A stretch of DNA of 64,000 nt from Octopus vulgaris (taxonomy: Eukaryota), in assembly GCA_951406725.2 (NCBI GenBank), contig OX597819.1, positions 97,340,001-97,404,000 on the forward strand, in the 5' to 3' direction. The translations under genes and the position numbers were made by a program. The notes beneath the pieces are model-generated. The model ran no database searches, was not told the DNA's origin, and worked only from the letters and a program-made list of their open reading frames with translations. Of the stretch, positions 48,681-62,336 are shown one piece after another (position 1 is the first letter of the stretch; each line of letters starts with the position of its first letter).

Positions 48681-49847
48681 TTGGGTTGTCCAGAAAGTTC
48701 GTGCCGATTTATAGCAGCTTACCATTTGACTTATTTTAGAACATGGTTGATTCCATAAAATAGGATTTGACTACACCTCCATTTAGAGCACCGTTTAAGC
48801 TATCTTTTTGTGGAAGAAGGTTTATGTTCCTATAACCTGTGTTAATTCTGTAATCCTTTGAAATGGAAGATAAGAAAGTTCATTTTTGGCACTTGATGCT
48901 TTTCTTTTTCTGTAAAGGGAAAAATGCCTCACAAGCAACCAAAGAAATATGCACAGTTTACGGTGATGTTTCTTTATCCGAAAGAACTGTATGGAAATGG
49001 TTTGCAAGGTTCCAAGCTGGAGATCGTAGTCTTATTGATATAGAGTGATCAGGCAGACCAACCACTACAGATGATGACCAAATCAAGTCATTAATTGAGA
49101 ATAACCCACATTGCACAACCCAAGAATTGGCAGAAAGCCTCAACCTATCAAAATCCGTCGTTCATGAGCATCTGGTAAAGCTTGGGTACACAAATCGCTA
49201 TGAAGTTTGGGTACCACATGAGTTGAGTGAGAAAAACCTTTTCAGTTGCATTTCCATCAGTGATTCGCTTTATAAATGGAATGAGAACGTGCTGTTTTTA
49301 AAGCAAATTGTGATAGGTGATGAGGAATGGATTATCTACCAAAATGTTCAGAGAAAGCAATCCTAGAATAAGCGATATGAGCCACCCTTAGCCATCCCAA
49401 AAGTGGGTCTTCACCCTAAAAAAGTCTTACTTTGTGTCTGGTGGGATTGGAAAGGAATTCTGTACTGTGAGCTTCTCCCAAGTAACCAGGCAATTAATTC
49501 TGAGAAATACTGCACACAACTGGATGAATTAAAAGCAGCAATTCAAGAGAAACATCCAGAATTGGTCAACAGGAAGGGTGTTGTTTTCCAACATGATAAT
49601 GCAAGACCGCAAGTTTCTTTGGGAATCAGACGAAAATTGCTGCAGCTCAGCTGGGATGTGTTACCCCACCCTCCATATTCACCAGATATTGCTCCTTCAG
49701 ATTTCCACTTATTCAGGTCTCTGCAGAATAGTCGTAATGGTAAAAATTTCAATTCCTTGGATGATGTGAAAAGATACCTTGATGAATTCTTTGCCATGAA
49801 ACCACCTGAATTCTGGGAAGAGGGTATGAACTTTCCGGACAACCCAT
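48681..49847 (+). mobile_element. mariner (D,D34D; mellifera-subfamily-like) transposon fossil
   Basis: TA then TIR ttgggttgtccagaaagttc; right TIR gaactttccggacaaccca. Confidence 0.93.
48863..49825 (+). pseudogene. mariner transposase pseudogene (one frame, stops at 49046 and 49364, C-terminus deleted)
   Basis: Motifs SGRP, WVPHEL, GDEEW, LHPKKVLLCVWWD, HDNARP and HPPYSPDIAPSDFHLF. ORFs 48863, 49127 and 49403 are in the same frame. Confidence 0.93.
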
Positions 49848-51629
49848 TGTTTAAGAACTTGAATGCATTATTCAAGTTAAATATATTTGTTTATTTTCAA
49901 ACATGGGTATATTGACAGATGATTGGATATTTTTTTGTAGAACTAATTTAACTTCAAAACATTATTCAAAACAAATAAAAACTAACTAAAAAGAAAACAG
50001 GATAAAAGTCCATCACATACTTATATCAAACAAATTTATCAAATGGCTAGTTGTCTCACTTGAAATGCTCAGTGCCCATCCCTTATTTGTCTCTTTCTAA
50101 GCCTCCGATTTAAATTTCAATGTGAAAGAGTGTAAATTAAATTCTTTTTTTTTTCTTATGGGATGAGAATTCAATATATAACTTTAAGGTGGAAAAATGG
50201 GATTTTTGAAATTTTGGATATTTCCTTCTTCCACTGAATGCATCGTGTATTCAAGGGAATTTCCTTACTGAATTGCTTAATTACTTGAGAGTTTGCTCTG
50301 GCACCCCATCATTGCCATCTTTATCTTCTATCTGCTACTATTCACCTTTATATAAAATGGACTAGCCATATATCTCTTCTATAATGAGACACCTGTGCTT
50401 GTCTCTCTATCACACTTTAGCTCTCAGCGCCTAGCAACATCCCCCAATCCACACAACTTCATCATAGGTATTTTTCCGTTTCTTGTTCTTTTTTTGTCTA
50501 GTGGTTTATTTGATAACCTCACTAGTGCCAGTGGCATGGAAAAAGTACACGCTGTAAGGAGGTTGGCATTAGGAAGGGAATCTAGCCATGGAAAACATAC
50601 CAAAGCTGACATTGTAGCTCAGAGCAGTCTTGTCTCATTGGATTCTATCAAACCATCCAACCTATTCCTGAATGGAAAACAAATGTTAAACGATGATGTT
50701 AGTGATATTACTATCTATCTCTATGTTGTTCTGTAAAGTACCTGACAGAATTCCCTCCATCTTGTAGTTATTTCATTTGCTTTTGTTAGTAGGCTGCAAT
50801 ATTTATCATCAACAACTTGACATTTAGGTAACTATTCTTTGGTTCAACTTTTAGCCATTTGGCATGTTTTTCTTGCTCAATGATTTCTTTCTGTGTTTTC
50901 ACATCTTCAATTCTTATTTTTTGCTGTCCTAATGCCATGCTTTACTTTCCCTAGGCAATTTATATTCCATTCCTGCTATTTTGTTTTCATATTGTTTGTA
51001 TTGCAGATTTCTTCTTTCATCACAACTGATTAAAACATCTTTATTTATCTAAGGACTCTTAACCTTCTCTCTTTTATCAAGAATTCTGTTGCCTATTTGT
51101 ATTATAACTTCTACAAAAATTCCTGTTAACTCTAAAATATTTGCATATGATAATAAAAAAGTTTAGCTGTCACTTACAAGTGAGTATGACCTGGTTGTTG
51201 TTACCACACCTTCACAAGTTGTTTTAAGTGCCTAGGTAGTCACAAAAGACATAAGAACATTCTTGACTCTTGACCCAATGGAACACCAAGAATATGACTG
51301 CAGGAGAGATGGATCTGCACTATTACTAGGCTGGTGCTCATTTTTCAGTTGAGTAAACTAGTGCTGTGAAATGAAATGCCTTACTCAAGAACACAAAGTG
51401 CTGCCTAGTCAAAAAATCAAATATGCAACCTTATAGTCTTGAGCTCATTACCTTAACCATCAGGCCAAGTGTCTTTACATGCACCTAATAATAATAGTTT
51501 CACATGTTGGTACAAAGCCAGCAATTTAATAATAATAATAATAATAATAATGATAATAATAATAATAATAATAATAATGATAATAATAATAATAATAATA
51601 CAGGAAGTATTAATACAGGAATAATAATA

Positions 51630-51867
51630 ATACAGGAAGTGCAAAAAATCGTATTAACTGGAACGGCTCATGTACTGAGAAGAGCATTATCGCTGTGAAA
51701 ACAACATCCATCCATGAATTTATTTATTTATTAATTTTTAAATACATATTTTATCTGTGAATTTGCATGTGTAATCTGGGAATGCATACAATGAGCTTCT
51801 CTGCCCTAGGTGTATGGAAAACACTCGGCGAGAAACGGAAGAAAATTTGAAGAAAGAAACAAAAAAC
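51630..51867 (+). mobile_element. 5'-truncated R4/Dong-clade non-LTR retrotransposon inserted in (TAA)n
   Basis: IQEVQKIVLTGTAHVLRRALSL* matches the R4/Dong C-terminus QKxxLxGTAxILRxxL; TAA repeats at 51527-51629 and 51868-51905. Confidence 0.8.
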
Positions 51868-51905
<38 letters not shown>

Positions 51906-52568
51906 TGTTGTAGTGAAAATGGTACTTCCCTTCCAATGTAACAAAGTGGTATGAGTTGCCATTATAAAGTCACTCAGTTAATCATTGTAGCAAGTCAGGT
52001 GCAGGAGAGTTATCATACAAGTTCTCAGTTGGAGTCAGTGTCAGTTACATGATATATACGAGTTTGAGATGCCATCAAGGTAGATGTTTCAAAGTCATTG
52101 TCTTGCAGAGTTATCAGTGATAGTATGATAGATGAGTCAAAGATATCAAGATGCGGAATACTGCCACAACATAATAGTGGTGACAAGAATATTACAGGCA
52201 CAAGGGCTGAAAATTGGTGGGTGGTGGATGTTAATCAATTATATTGACCCCCAGTACTTGACAAGTAGTTATTTTATTGACCCTGAAAAGATGAAAGGCT
52301 AAGTTGACCTCAGCAGAATATATGATAATAATAATAATCACAATTATCCTTTCTACTATTGGCACAATGCCTGAAATTTTGGGGGAGAGGGCTAATCAGT
52401 TACATTAATACCAGTACTCAACTGGTATTTATTTCATCAAACCTGGAAGGATGAAAGGCAAAACTGACCTTAACAGAATTTGAACTCAGAACGTAAAGAT
52501 GGACAAAATGCCATGAAGCATTTTGCCCAGCAAGCTAATGAATTTGCCAGCTCACCACTTTTATAGTG

Positions 52569-52569
<1 letters not shown>

Positions 52570-52618
<49 letters not shown>
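52570..52618. repeat. (TAG)n microsatellite
   Basis: Direct. Confidence 0.95.
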
Positions 52619-52854
52619 TATATTAAAGGTAAGAATTATCCTTGCATGTGTTTTAAATTCTGCTTATATGATTTGGTCTTTAAACTTTTCAAAACCATAT
52701 TTTATTCTTACATTTTGGTCCTTCATGATTGATTTTAGCTTAATTTTTACTGTCAGTGTGATTGGAGGGAGATTTATCAGTGGTATCAGTCCCATGAAGG
52801 ACCTAACCTGACCAACATCGTATATTTGATAAATATAATCTCTATCTCTAATGG

Positions 52855-53140
52855 AGTATGTCTGACAGACATTTCTATATCTGATAGAAGTGTATGTCTG
52901 ATAATGTGTTTGTACATCTGATGGAAGTAGTGTATAAATCATACCTATATGTCTGATTGAAGAAGTGTATGTACAGTGTTTGTAGGTCTGCTAGAATTAA
53001 TGTATGATTCTTAACTATATGTGCAATAGATATCCCTATGTCTGATAGAAGTGTATGTATGGTGTCTGATATCTGATGAAGTGTACATGTGGCATCTGAT
53101 ATTTGACAGAAAAATGTGTTTGGTATTGATGGCTGATATA
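52855..53140. repeat. Cryptic minisatellite built on tgtctgatagaagtgtat
   Basis: About 10 recurrences of TCTGAT-like cores at irregular 15-45-bp spacing. Confidence 0.55.
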
Positions 53141-53440
<300 letters not shown>

Positions 53441-53461
<21 letters not shown>

Positions 53462-53762
53462 TTAATGTCTGTTGTCCATACTGGCATGGGTTGTATGGTT
53501 TGACTAGGGCTGGAAAGCTGGAAGGCTGCACCAGACCCCAGTCTGTTTTGGCATGGTTTCTACGTTTCTACAGTTGGATGTTTTTCCTAACACCAACCAC
53601 TCTGAGAGTGTAATGGGTGCTTTTTATATGCCACTGGCATGGGTGCCATTTGTGTGACACTGGTATCTATCACGCAATTGGCAGATACCGCAGTTTTACT
53701 TGGCTTGATGGGTCTTCTTCTCAAGCATGGCATAATGCTAAATGGACTCGGTCATTGCCGTG
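53441..53762 (-). mobile_element. RTE-type LINE 3' end whose tail is the adjacent compound microsatellite
   Basis: Reverse complement of the family 3' UTR. Confidence 0.85.
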
Positions 53763-54139
53763 GAAGAATTATTTGTCTAATGTCTGATGGAAGAACTTGA
53801 TGTTTATGCCAAGAAATAGTAATCTCTGTTAACTGTGGAAAAGCTAGTGAGAAATAGTTTGTGTTGTAACTTGACATGCTCAGCTAAATCCTTCCATGAC
53901 AAATATACTCACAACTTTTACAATGAAGACTCCATATTTCAGATATTAGGACAGCATATTCCATTTATAAAGGTGGTATGGCTATTCATTCTCTCTCTCT
54001 CTCACACACACACACAGCTCTACATACTAGGACACACACATATACTAATGCATATGACAACATTATTATTGCTGTGAACATTATAAGACATATGTCATTG
54101 CTTAAGATTGTAGAAAATATATACATAATTATATATATG

Positions 54140-54147
54140 TTAACATA

Positions 54148-54215
<68 letters not shown>

Positions 54216-54233
54216 TAATATGTGTGCCTGTGT

Positions 54234-54293
<60 letters not shown>
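54140..54293. repeat. (TA)n and (TG)n microsatellites
   Basis: Direct. Confidence 0.95.
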
Positions 54294-54297
<4 letters not shown>

Positions 54298-54669
54298 GTC
54301 AGTGGTAAACATTCAACAATTATGTGATAACCAAGTGGCCTAAAAGTCATCAATGATGCTCTGTTGAACTCTGCATCTAGTGACTCCTATCAGACACTGC
54401 TCAAGTATTACCAAGTCTTTCCAAAACTAAAGAACAAATTATTCTGTCGGCCTTTTACAACATCACCATCACATGAACAAACAGAAGAGACATGTTATAT
54501 AAGATCAGCAGTGAAGAAATGAAGCATTATATTTTCAAAGGTCATCTTTTTTCCTTTTTGTTTTATGATGTACTGTAATAGTAAAAGAACAAACCTAGCA
54601 CTGTTAGAAGAAGAACAGGCCTAGATTGTCAATACAGATATTCTAATGACAAACTTATTATTTATCTTT

Positions 54670-55050
54670 TATCTTTTACATTTTGCTTGTTTCATTCATT
54701 GAACTGCGGTCATGCTGGGGCTCTGCTTTGAATGTTTTAGTCAAACAAATTAATTCCAGTACATTTTTTTTAAAGTTTGGTTCTTATTTTATCAGTCTCT
54801 TTCACTGAACTGCTGAGTTATGGGGACATAAATAAACCAATTCCAGTTGTCAAGTGGTAGAGGAACAAGCATAAACGCAAAGACATAAACACATATGCTA
54901 TTGTGTGTGTGTGTGTACACACTGGATTTCTTTTAATTTCTCTCTACCAAATTCACTCACAAGGCACTGGTTGACCCAGGGCTATAGCAGAAGACACTTG
55001 CCCTAGGTGTTGCACTGTGAGATTGAGCTAAAATCATACAGTTGCAATGT
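54670..55050 (-). mobile_element. SINE family A, older copy
   Basis: Reverse complement of 5151-5520; another partial copy at ~57990-58180. Confidence 0.78.
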
Positions 55051-55810
55051 GAACTTCTTAAGCACACTACAATAACAACATCTACAAGTACTGTGCATTT
55101 TCAGTATTCTTATTTACAAAACTTCACAAAATTAAATAATTGATAGATTTGTCTAAAGTTCATTAAAATATGAAAGAATATCTATGTATTTCATTTTATA
55201 AATTTCTTATTAAAAAAAAAACTGAGTTTCATTTAGTATGGTAGGTTCCAGACAAAATACTTAGAGGCTTTTCATACATTTTACATTCTGAGTTCAAATT
55301 CCACTGAGGTCAGCTTTGTCTTTCATCCTTCCAGGCTTGATAAAATAAGTACCAGTTGTACCCTGAGGTCAATGTAATTGACTAGCTCCTTCCCCAAAAT
55401 TTCACATTTTGTGCCTATAGTAGAAAGGAATTAAGTGTGGTAGAAATAAAAGTGACATAGAGGCAATGTTTTGTATATGTGATTATACCTGTGTATGTGT
55501 GTGCTTGTATATGTGTCTGCATGTGTATGTGTGTACCTGTGTTTATGGGTACGTGCTTGTTCTGTTATTGATCTGACCTACTGAACTCCCAATGACCTCA
55601 ATTACACTTTTTTTTGCATAATTTAATCTGAAGAAGAACTGGGGTCATGTGTGTTTGTGTGTGTGTGTATTTAAGTTACAATGTATGGATTCTAGTAATC
55701 CGATAGTACTCCTCATAAAGAAAGCTCCTTAAAATATCATTCTAAAAAACATATAGAATACATAGTATGATAGAAGAGAAAATGATAAAAAATGTATAAA
55801 GCCATAAATG

Positions 55811-56054
55811 ACAGAGAAATAGTTTATGAAATTTTATTTAACAATAAGAAAATTCTAATATCATGACAAATTGTTTCATAACTTAAAAAACTTTTAAAAA
55901 TGCAGGATTTAAGCCACATCCTCAGCCATGTAATTTATTGATTATTAAATATAATAATGTAAATTATTTACATGTTTTTAAGTTATGAAACAATTTGTCA
56001 TGATATTAGAATTTTCTGATTGTTAAATATAATTCCATCAAACTATTTCTCTGT
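55811..56054. repeat. Inverted repeat with ~80-bp arms and an ~85-nt spacer (MITE-like hairpin)
   Basis: 55811-55889 pairs with 55975-56054, including a 43-bp perfect core. Confidence 0.92.
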
Positions 56055-56290
56055 TATGCAGAGTTTGACCACCTCCTGTACCTACACCTTAGAACCATCA
56101 TGGCATCTGGTGTGACTTTTTAAACCAGACAATGTTTTGAAAAGACACCCACATAGATTGCATATCTGGTTTGGACCACCAAGAGTTGCAGTTAAGTTCT
56201 GATCTTTGTGGATCTTAAAATGTCTATTGAGGCCTCAGTTAGATTTGCAGACCTTCTTGCATACATTGCACTGAAAGGTGTGCACAGACA

Positions 56291-56640
56291 TATAGGCAGA
56301 ATAAACTGTTGTCTAAATTACACAAAAATGAAAATATTTCTGATATCTCATTTTAAAAGATATATTTACCAAAATTACATAAATATATCTTGAAATACTA
56401 AAGAGTAAATTTATTCGATAAAATCGCCATTGGCTTGAACCATGGCCTGCAAATGACTCTAGAATTTCCTGCAACTCTTCTGGATGGCCTCCTTGTTTAA
56501 GTTGGTGAATGCTGCCATTATTCTTGCCTTCAGTTCATCTTTGGTGTTACAAGGAGTTTTGTTGGTCTCTCGCTCAACTGCACCCCACATATAATAATCA
56601 AGGGGGTTGCAGTCTGAGGAGTTAGGTGGCCAGATGTTAT
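56291..56640 (-). mobile_element. 3' fragment of a Tc1/mariner-superfamily (maT/DD37D-like) transposon
   Basis: NIWPPNSSDCNPLDYYMWGAVERETNKTPCNTKDELKARI…F*SHLQAMVQANGDFIE*. Confidence 0.85.
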
Positions 56641-56645
56641 ATATA

Positions 56646-56701
<56 letters not shown>

Positions 56702-58204
56702 TGTATGCATGTGAGAGTCTGTGTATAAGTATGTGTGTATGCATACTCTTGTCTAGACATCATGAGATGCTTGTAAATAAGCATCACCATCACACGTGTG
56801 AGGTTGTTTGTTTCTAGTCTTCTATGATGAACTTGTCTAGCTATGGAAAAATATTACCTAGCTTGGAAGCAGGTGTAGGTTGGCAACAGAAAGAACATCC
56901 AGCTGTAGAAAATTTGCCCCAGTAAATTCCATCTGACCCATGCATGTATGGAAAAGTGGATGTTAACTGATGATGATGATGTGTTTTCAGGATACTAGAT
57001 GAAGTCAGTTTAGTTAATGTGTAGAATAAACATAGAAAGATACAGCAGACGAATACTTCTCAAATTACATCTTACTGAACTGAAAAAAAAAGAATAATAA
57101 TTTTGACAATACAGTTTTGAAAAAAAGATGGAATAATCACAGCTGGCATACCTTAATTTCTAGGATTGACCAGGGATTAAACAACAGCATCATTTAATGG
57201 GGTAATAAGGGAACCTCTACATCAGGCAAGGATAACTTTTTCAAGAAGTGAGTGACATGAAAAGTAAGTGACATCATCTTATGGGTTATGCTACTAAAAA
57301 AATTCAAGGTAAATTTTTATTAGGCATGCCATTCAGAACGTCCTGAGGGCTGCAGTTTGCCCATGACTGCTCTATATAGTTGCTCAGCTTACAGGAATTA
57401 AAAGGAAGAAATTTAATGTAATATTAATATTAGTTGGAAATAAACTGTATCTGAAAAGACATAAGGGTCATGGCTAAAATGGCTTTGCTTACAGGCCTGC
57501 TAAAATCAACAACAGCAGTCATTTTAATGACTTGACTGCTACAAACATCACAGTACTATTATAGCCACTACTACATCACATAAGTACCTTATGCCTATCA
57601 TACTACATGTGACTACTGCACTGCAGCTACCATCACCATCACCATCACCATTACCATCATCACCACCACCACCACAACAACAATAACCACAACCACAACA
57701 GAAACCACACTTCATTCATCTACTGCTTTAGGCATAAATAAAATAAATAAAACTGTCTTACTGGTGATTGCTACACCCAGCAAAACACACACACACACAC
57801 ATTATACTTATTTTAATGCAACAATTTGTAAACAATAGTGTTGTTGGTTATAATATAGTTTTAATACCCATTAAGCAATGAGAAGGCCATGGCTGGAATG
57901 TTCAATCAGGGTAGACAGGGGGTTAATATATATATAATATATGTGTGTATGTCTGTATGCATGTATGCATGTAAGTATGCATACATACATGCAGCCATGC
58001 TGGGGCACCACCTTGAAGGGCTTAGCCGAACAAATTGATCCTAGGACTTTGTTTTTTAAGCCCAGTAATTATTCTATCAGACACTTTTGCTGAACCACTA
58101 AGTTACAGAGACAAACACACCAAAACTGGTTGTGAAGCAGTGGTGAAGGACAAACGCAGACACAAAGACATGCACACATAACTAAACCCCCCCCCAAACA
58201 CTAA

Positions 58205-58580
58205 CATGTGCTGGTATAGTCATGTGCTGCATATGAATGAGGACAGCTGCATAATGAAGTGCCAGTCTATAAGTGTGGAGGGAATCTGTGGAAGAGGTAG
58301 AGCTTGGAAGATGTGGGACAAGGTGGTGAAATATGATCTTTGGATGTTAAGTATCATGGAGGTGATAGCAAATGTTGGAGACTTCTGGTGATCTGCTGTT
58401 CTTGAGAAGACACATCAAGCAAAGTGAAATCATAGTCATGGCCAGTGCTGGTGACATGTGAAAGGCACCTGCACCAGTGACACGTGGGAGGCACCCATGT
58501 CATTGACATGTAAAATGCACCTGGGTCATTGACATGTAAAATGCACCTGTAATGGTGACACATAAAAGGCATCCATACTG
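58205..58580 (+). mobile_element. RTE-type LINE 3' fragment
   Basis: WYSHVLHMNEDSCIMKCQSISVEGICGRGRAWKMWDKVVKYDL plus short stem-loop units. Confidence 0.85.
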
Positions 58581-58589
58581 TAGTCTTCA

Positions 58590-59183
58590 AACCAGCTTTC
58601 TCTTTTCTGGTTTTGAGAAGCCTTATTTCTCAAGATTGGCATTTAGGCAATGTGTTACATATCCCAATGCCACAATAGTTACAGGTATAAACCTGAACTT
58701 GTAATCTGGACTGAGTAATTGCAGATTTTTCAATAGTTCAGTGTAGGCATTCTCTTTTTCTCTAATCTTCAGCTTTATGTTAACATCTGCTGGGCAGCTA
58801 ATTTCCACAGCTGTAGTTTTTCTTCTCTATCCCAAATCCTTATATCAGGTTTACTATGTTTACATTTTATTCAGGTTCTCACTGGGACATTCCACCAGTA
58901 CTCCTTTTTGTTGAGTGGCTATGGCTTCTACCATACTGTGGGTTCTTATTTCTTTGTCCTCAGGGTTATCCTTCTGACAAATTTCATTATATAGTATTCT
59001 AGCTATAACATCATGTCTCATTGGTAGATAATACCGTGATGACATTTTTGGACAACTGCTTATGACGTGGCGGTGATATCTTTGGTGTCAGCTCCACAAA
59101 GTCTGCATTGGTTGTCACATTTTACTGCTTTTCCTACATCTCTGTCCCTTTTGTGCATCAGGTATTTGGTAATATTTTCTGTT

Positions 59184-59187
<4 letters not shown>
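58590..59187 (-). mobile_element. Fragment of a restriction-like-endonuclease non-LTR retrotransposon (R4/Dong-like), frameshifted
   Basis: CRLCG zinc-knuckle start, RHD motif (MRHDVIAR), KPDIRIWD, EISCP and KIREKENAY. Confidence 0.82.
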
Positions 59188-59252
<65 letters not shown>

Positions 59253-59314
59253 GATAGATAGATAGGTAGATAGATAGATAGATAGATAAATATCAATATA
59301 TACATACAAATATA

Positions 59315-59730
59315 TTACTTTTACTCTTTTACTCTTTTATTTGTTTCAGTCATTTGACTGCGGCCATGCTGGAGCACCGCCTTTTTAATCGAGCAACTCG
59401 ACCCCGGGACTTATTCTTTTGTAAGCCCAGTACTTATTCTATCGGTCTCTTTTGCCGAACTGCTAAGTAACGGGGACATAAACACACCAGCATCGGTTGT
59501 CAAGCAATGCTAGTGGGATAAACACAGACATACAAACACACACACACATACATATACATATATACGACAGGCTTCCTTCAGCTTCCGTCTACCAAATCCA
59601 ATCACAAGGCATTGGTCGGCCCGGGGCTATAGCAGAAGACACTTGCCCAAGATGCCACACAGTGGGACTGAACCCGGAACCATATGTGATTGGTTAGCAA
59701 GCTACTTACCACACAGCCACTCCTGCGCCT
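59315..59730 (-). mobile_element. SINE family A, young copy
   Basis: Full length with intact CpGs. Confidence 0.88.
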
Positions 59731-59802
59731 ATGTACATATATATACACAAATATATCACTAGGAGGACTTCTTACTATTGGTTTCCTGTACATGTGCATA
59801 TA

Positions 59803-61077
59803 TTGCATCATCGAATAAATAATGCATTTTTTCAATTGCATAAAGTAAAAGTCAGAGGGGGATGGGATAAACTACCTGCATCAACTTGCTATATAAGCAA
59901 GTAGTAATTTTCGTTTGGCTTTATTCTTAGTGCAAGTTTTGAAGAGTGCTGTTCGATTTTAACCATTATTTTTTCAAAGCTAATAATAGAAGTTACAAAG
60001 GAGCATATTCAGCATATTTTGCTTTATGAGTTCAACAAAAGCAACAACACAATGGCAAGTGTGAGGAATATTAATGCAGTATATGGGGATAGGACAATAA
60101 GTGTCAAGGGTGGTTCCAGAAATTCTGAGCCGGAGACTACAACCGAGAAGATGAGCCTTGTCTTGGAAGATCTGTAGAGCTCAATGAGGATGTCCTGCAA
60201 ACCCTGGTGGAACAAAATCCCATTGTAACTGTTGAGGAAATAGCAGAGAAGCTTGGATTTGGTCATTCAACCATTCATCAATATCTACGTGCCATTGGAA
60301 AAGTCAGCAAATTGGGTCAATGAGTTCCTCACAAACTTACCAACTCTAATCACATGCAGTGAGTGAATGTGTGCTCTTCTTTACCAGCACATCTCAAGAA
60401 TGAACCTTTTTTGGACTGAATAGTCACTGGTAATGAGAAATGGGTTCTCTATAAAAATGTCAAGTACTGAAGACAGTGGGTAGAGAAAGGAGAAACATCA
60501 GAAACCCAGGTTGAAGGTTTTCACCCACTTAAGGTGTTGTTATCTGTTTGGTGGGATATGAAAGGCTTAGTCCACTTTGAACTTTTAAATCCAAACCAAA
60601 TGATAACAAAGGAGATCTACTGTGAGCAGCTTGAGTGGCTTGAGTCAGTGCTAGAAGAAAAACGACCATCTTTGGTTTCAAGACAAAAGGTACTCTTCCA
60701 TCAGGATAATGCTTGGCTACATACAATGAGGATGACATTCTAAGGGCTGGAGCAGTTTGAATAAGATATGATGCCCCACCCACCATATTCGCTGGACGTT
60801 ACCCCATTTGATCATCACTTATTTCACAGCCTTCAAAATCATTTGGACAGAAAAACTACGAATTCTGTAGACGAGGTCAGAACAGTACTGGAGGAGTATT
60901 TTTCATCATGGACAAGTGAATTTTGGAAGAGAGGCCTTTCAAGTCTACCAGATAGATGAAAGAGCAATGTAGAAAATAAAGAAGAGTATCTTTAAGATTA
61001 AAAAAGAAATTTGTTTATCTTAATTTTGAAAAATAAAAGAAGTATAAAAAGACCACACTATTTATGGGATGACCCAA
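59803..61077 (+). mobile_element. Full-length (1275 bp) mariner fossil with a transposase pseudogene at ~59986-61001
   Basis: TA-flanked TIRs ttgcatcatcgaataaataatg / cactatttatgggatgacccaa. Motifs *VPHKL, VTGNEKW, VLLSVWWD, HQDNAWLH and PHPPYSLDVTPFDHHLF; many stops. Confidence 0.92.
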
Positions 61078-62336
61078 TATGTACATGTGAGAATGAGCGT
61101 CCGTATATGAATACATATGTGTGCATGTATATGCATGCACAGATGTGCGATAGTGTATGTATGTCAACTGAGGGGAAGTATCACAACCCATGTATATGGT
61201 TTTAATAGTATTGAACCTTGTTTTTATTGGCATGCTTTAACGACAAAGTATTACTAACTGTGACCTCAGTTCTTCTATAAAGTGTTATGTATTTATTAAA
61301 ATAAGACGATATTTAAATTATGTAAACCATTATGTCTCTCGGAATTTCATTTGTGTATGACACATAAAGCAAATCTAAGGAAGATAATTATGCAATTGAT
61401 TATAAAAGAACACCTAAATTTTCATTTTTAAATCATTTGCTAAAATTATATCGGCTAATATTTGTTACAAATATTTAATTTAACACATATTTGGCAAAAG
61501 CAGTAAAAGGTTTAAAAGATGCATTTTTAAAAGATAATTCTATCTATAGAATATTTTTGAATTATGCTATTTTTTAATTTTACTTTAATTTAATTTTTTA
61601 CAAATAATAATCCTTCTTTTTAACAGCACTAGTTCAAATAGTTTGAAATGGATACTAGTCATACTGTCTCAACTTCAATACAGATGATAAAATTGAAAGA
61701 AAATAGTAAAAATGTCATAAAGAAGTAAATTAAAACAATAATATTATACACACCATGTTTTGGATACTGTGTTGTCTTTGTTTTATGGTTGGACTAACAT
61801 TTCATTCATGATACATATACAGTGGTCTTTTGTATAGCTTAAATATATTGTTCTTGGTAACTCTGATATCCTTAATTGGTCATAGTAGTTTCTAAGATAT
61901 GCCTACACGAAGTGACACAGTAAGCGATTGTATATATCTAAGCTGGGGATTACTGACTCTTGTGAGGTCACAACATTTCAAAATAACAATAGTTAAAACT
62001 ACATAAACTCATTTAATGCAAATATAACAAGCAGTAATTAAGAAACATATTCTCAGAAATCACAATTCTATCTTTATTGTAAAAATCAGTTCATATGTCA
62101 TTTGTCCAAATCTACTGCAGGTGTCTCATAATGTTACTGGACAGTATCCTTAATTCTACATGCCCTCTGCACCTAGCTATGACAAATATAAGCAGATGGT
62201 GCCCCAGACTAATTTCTTCAATCATGTACAATATGATATATTTACTTAATGATTCTCTCATCAATTATTTAGTGAGTACAAAATGTCTAGCTTTGCTGAT
62301 GAAGTTTGATAAAACTAAAGTTGGAGTTGTCTTTCA

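Noticed and set aside
49403-49915. 170-aa ORF as a domesticated SETMAR-like gene
   Set aside because: Part of a TIR-bounded mariner with upstream in-frame stops and a deleted C-terminus; no SET domain or exon structure.
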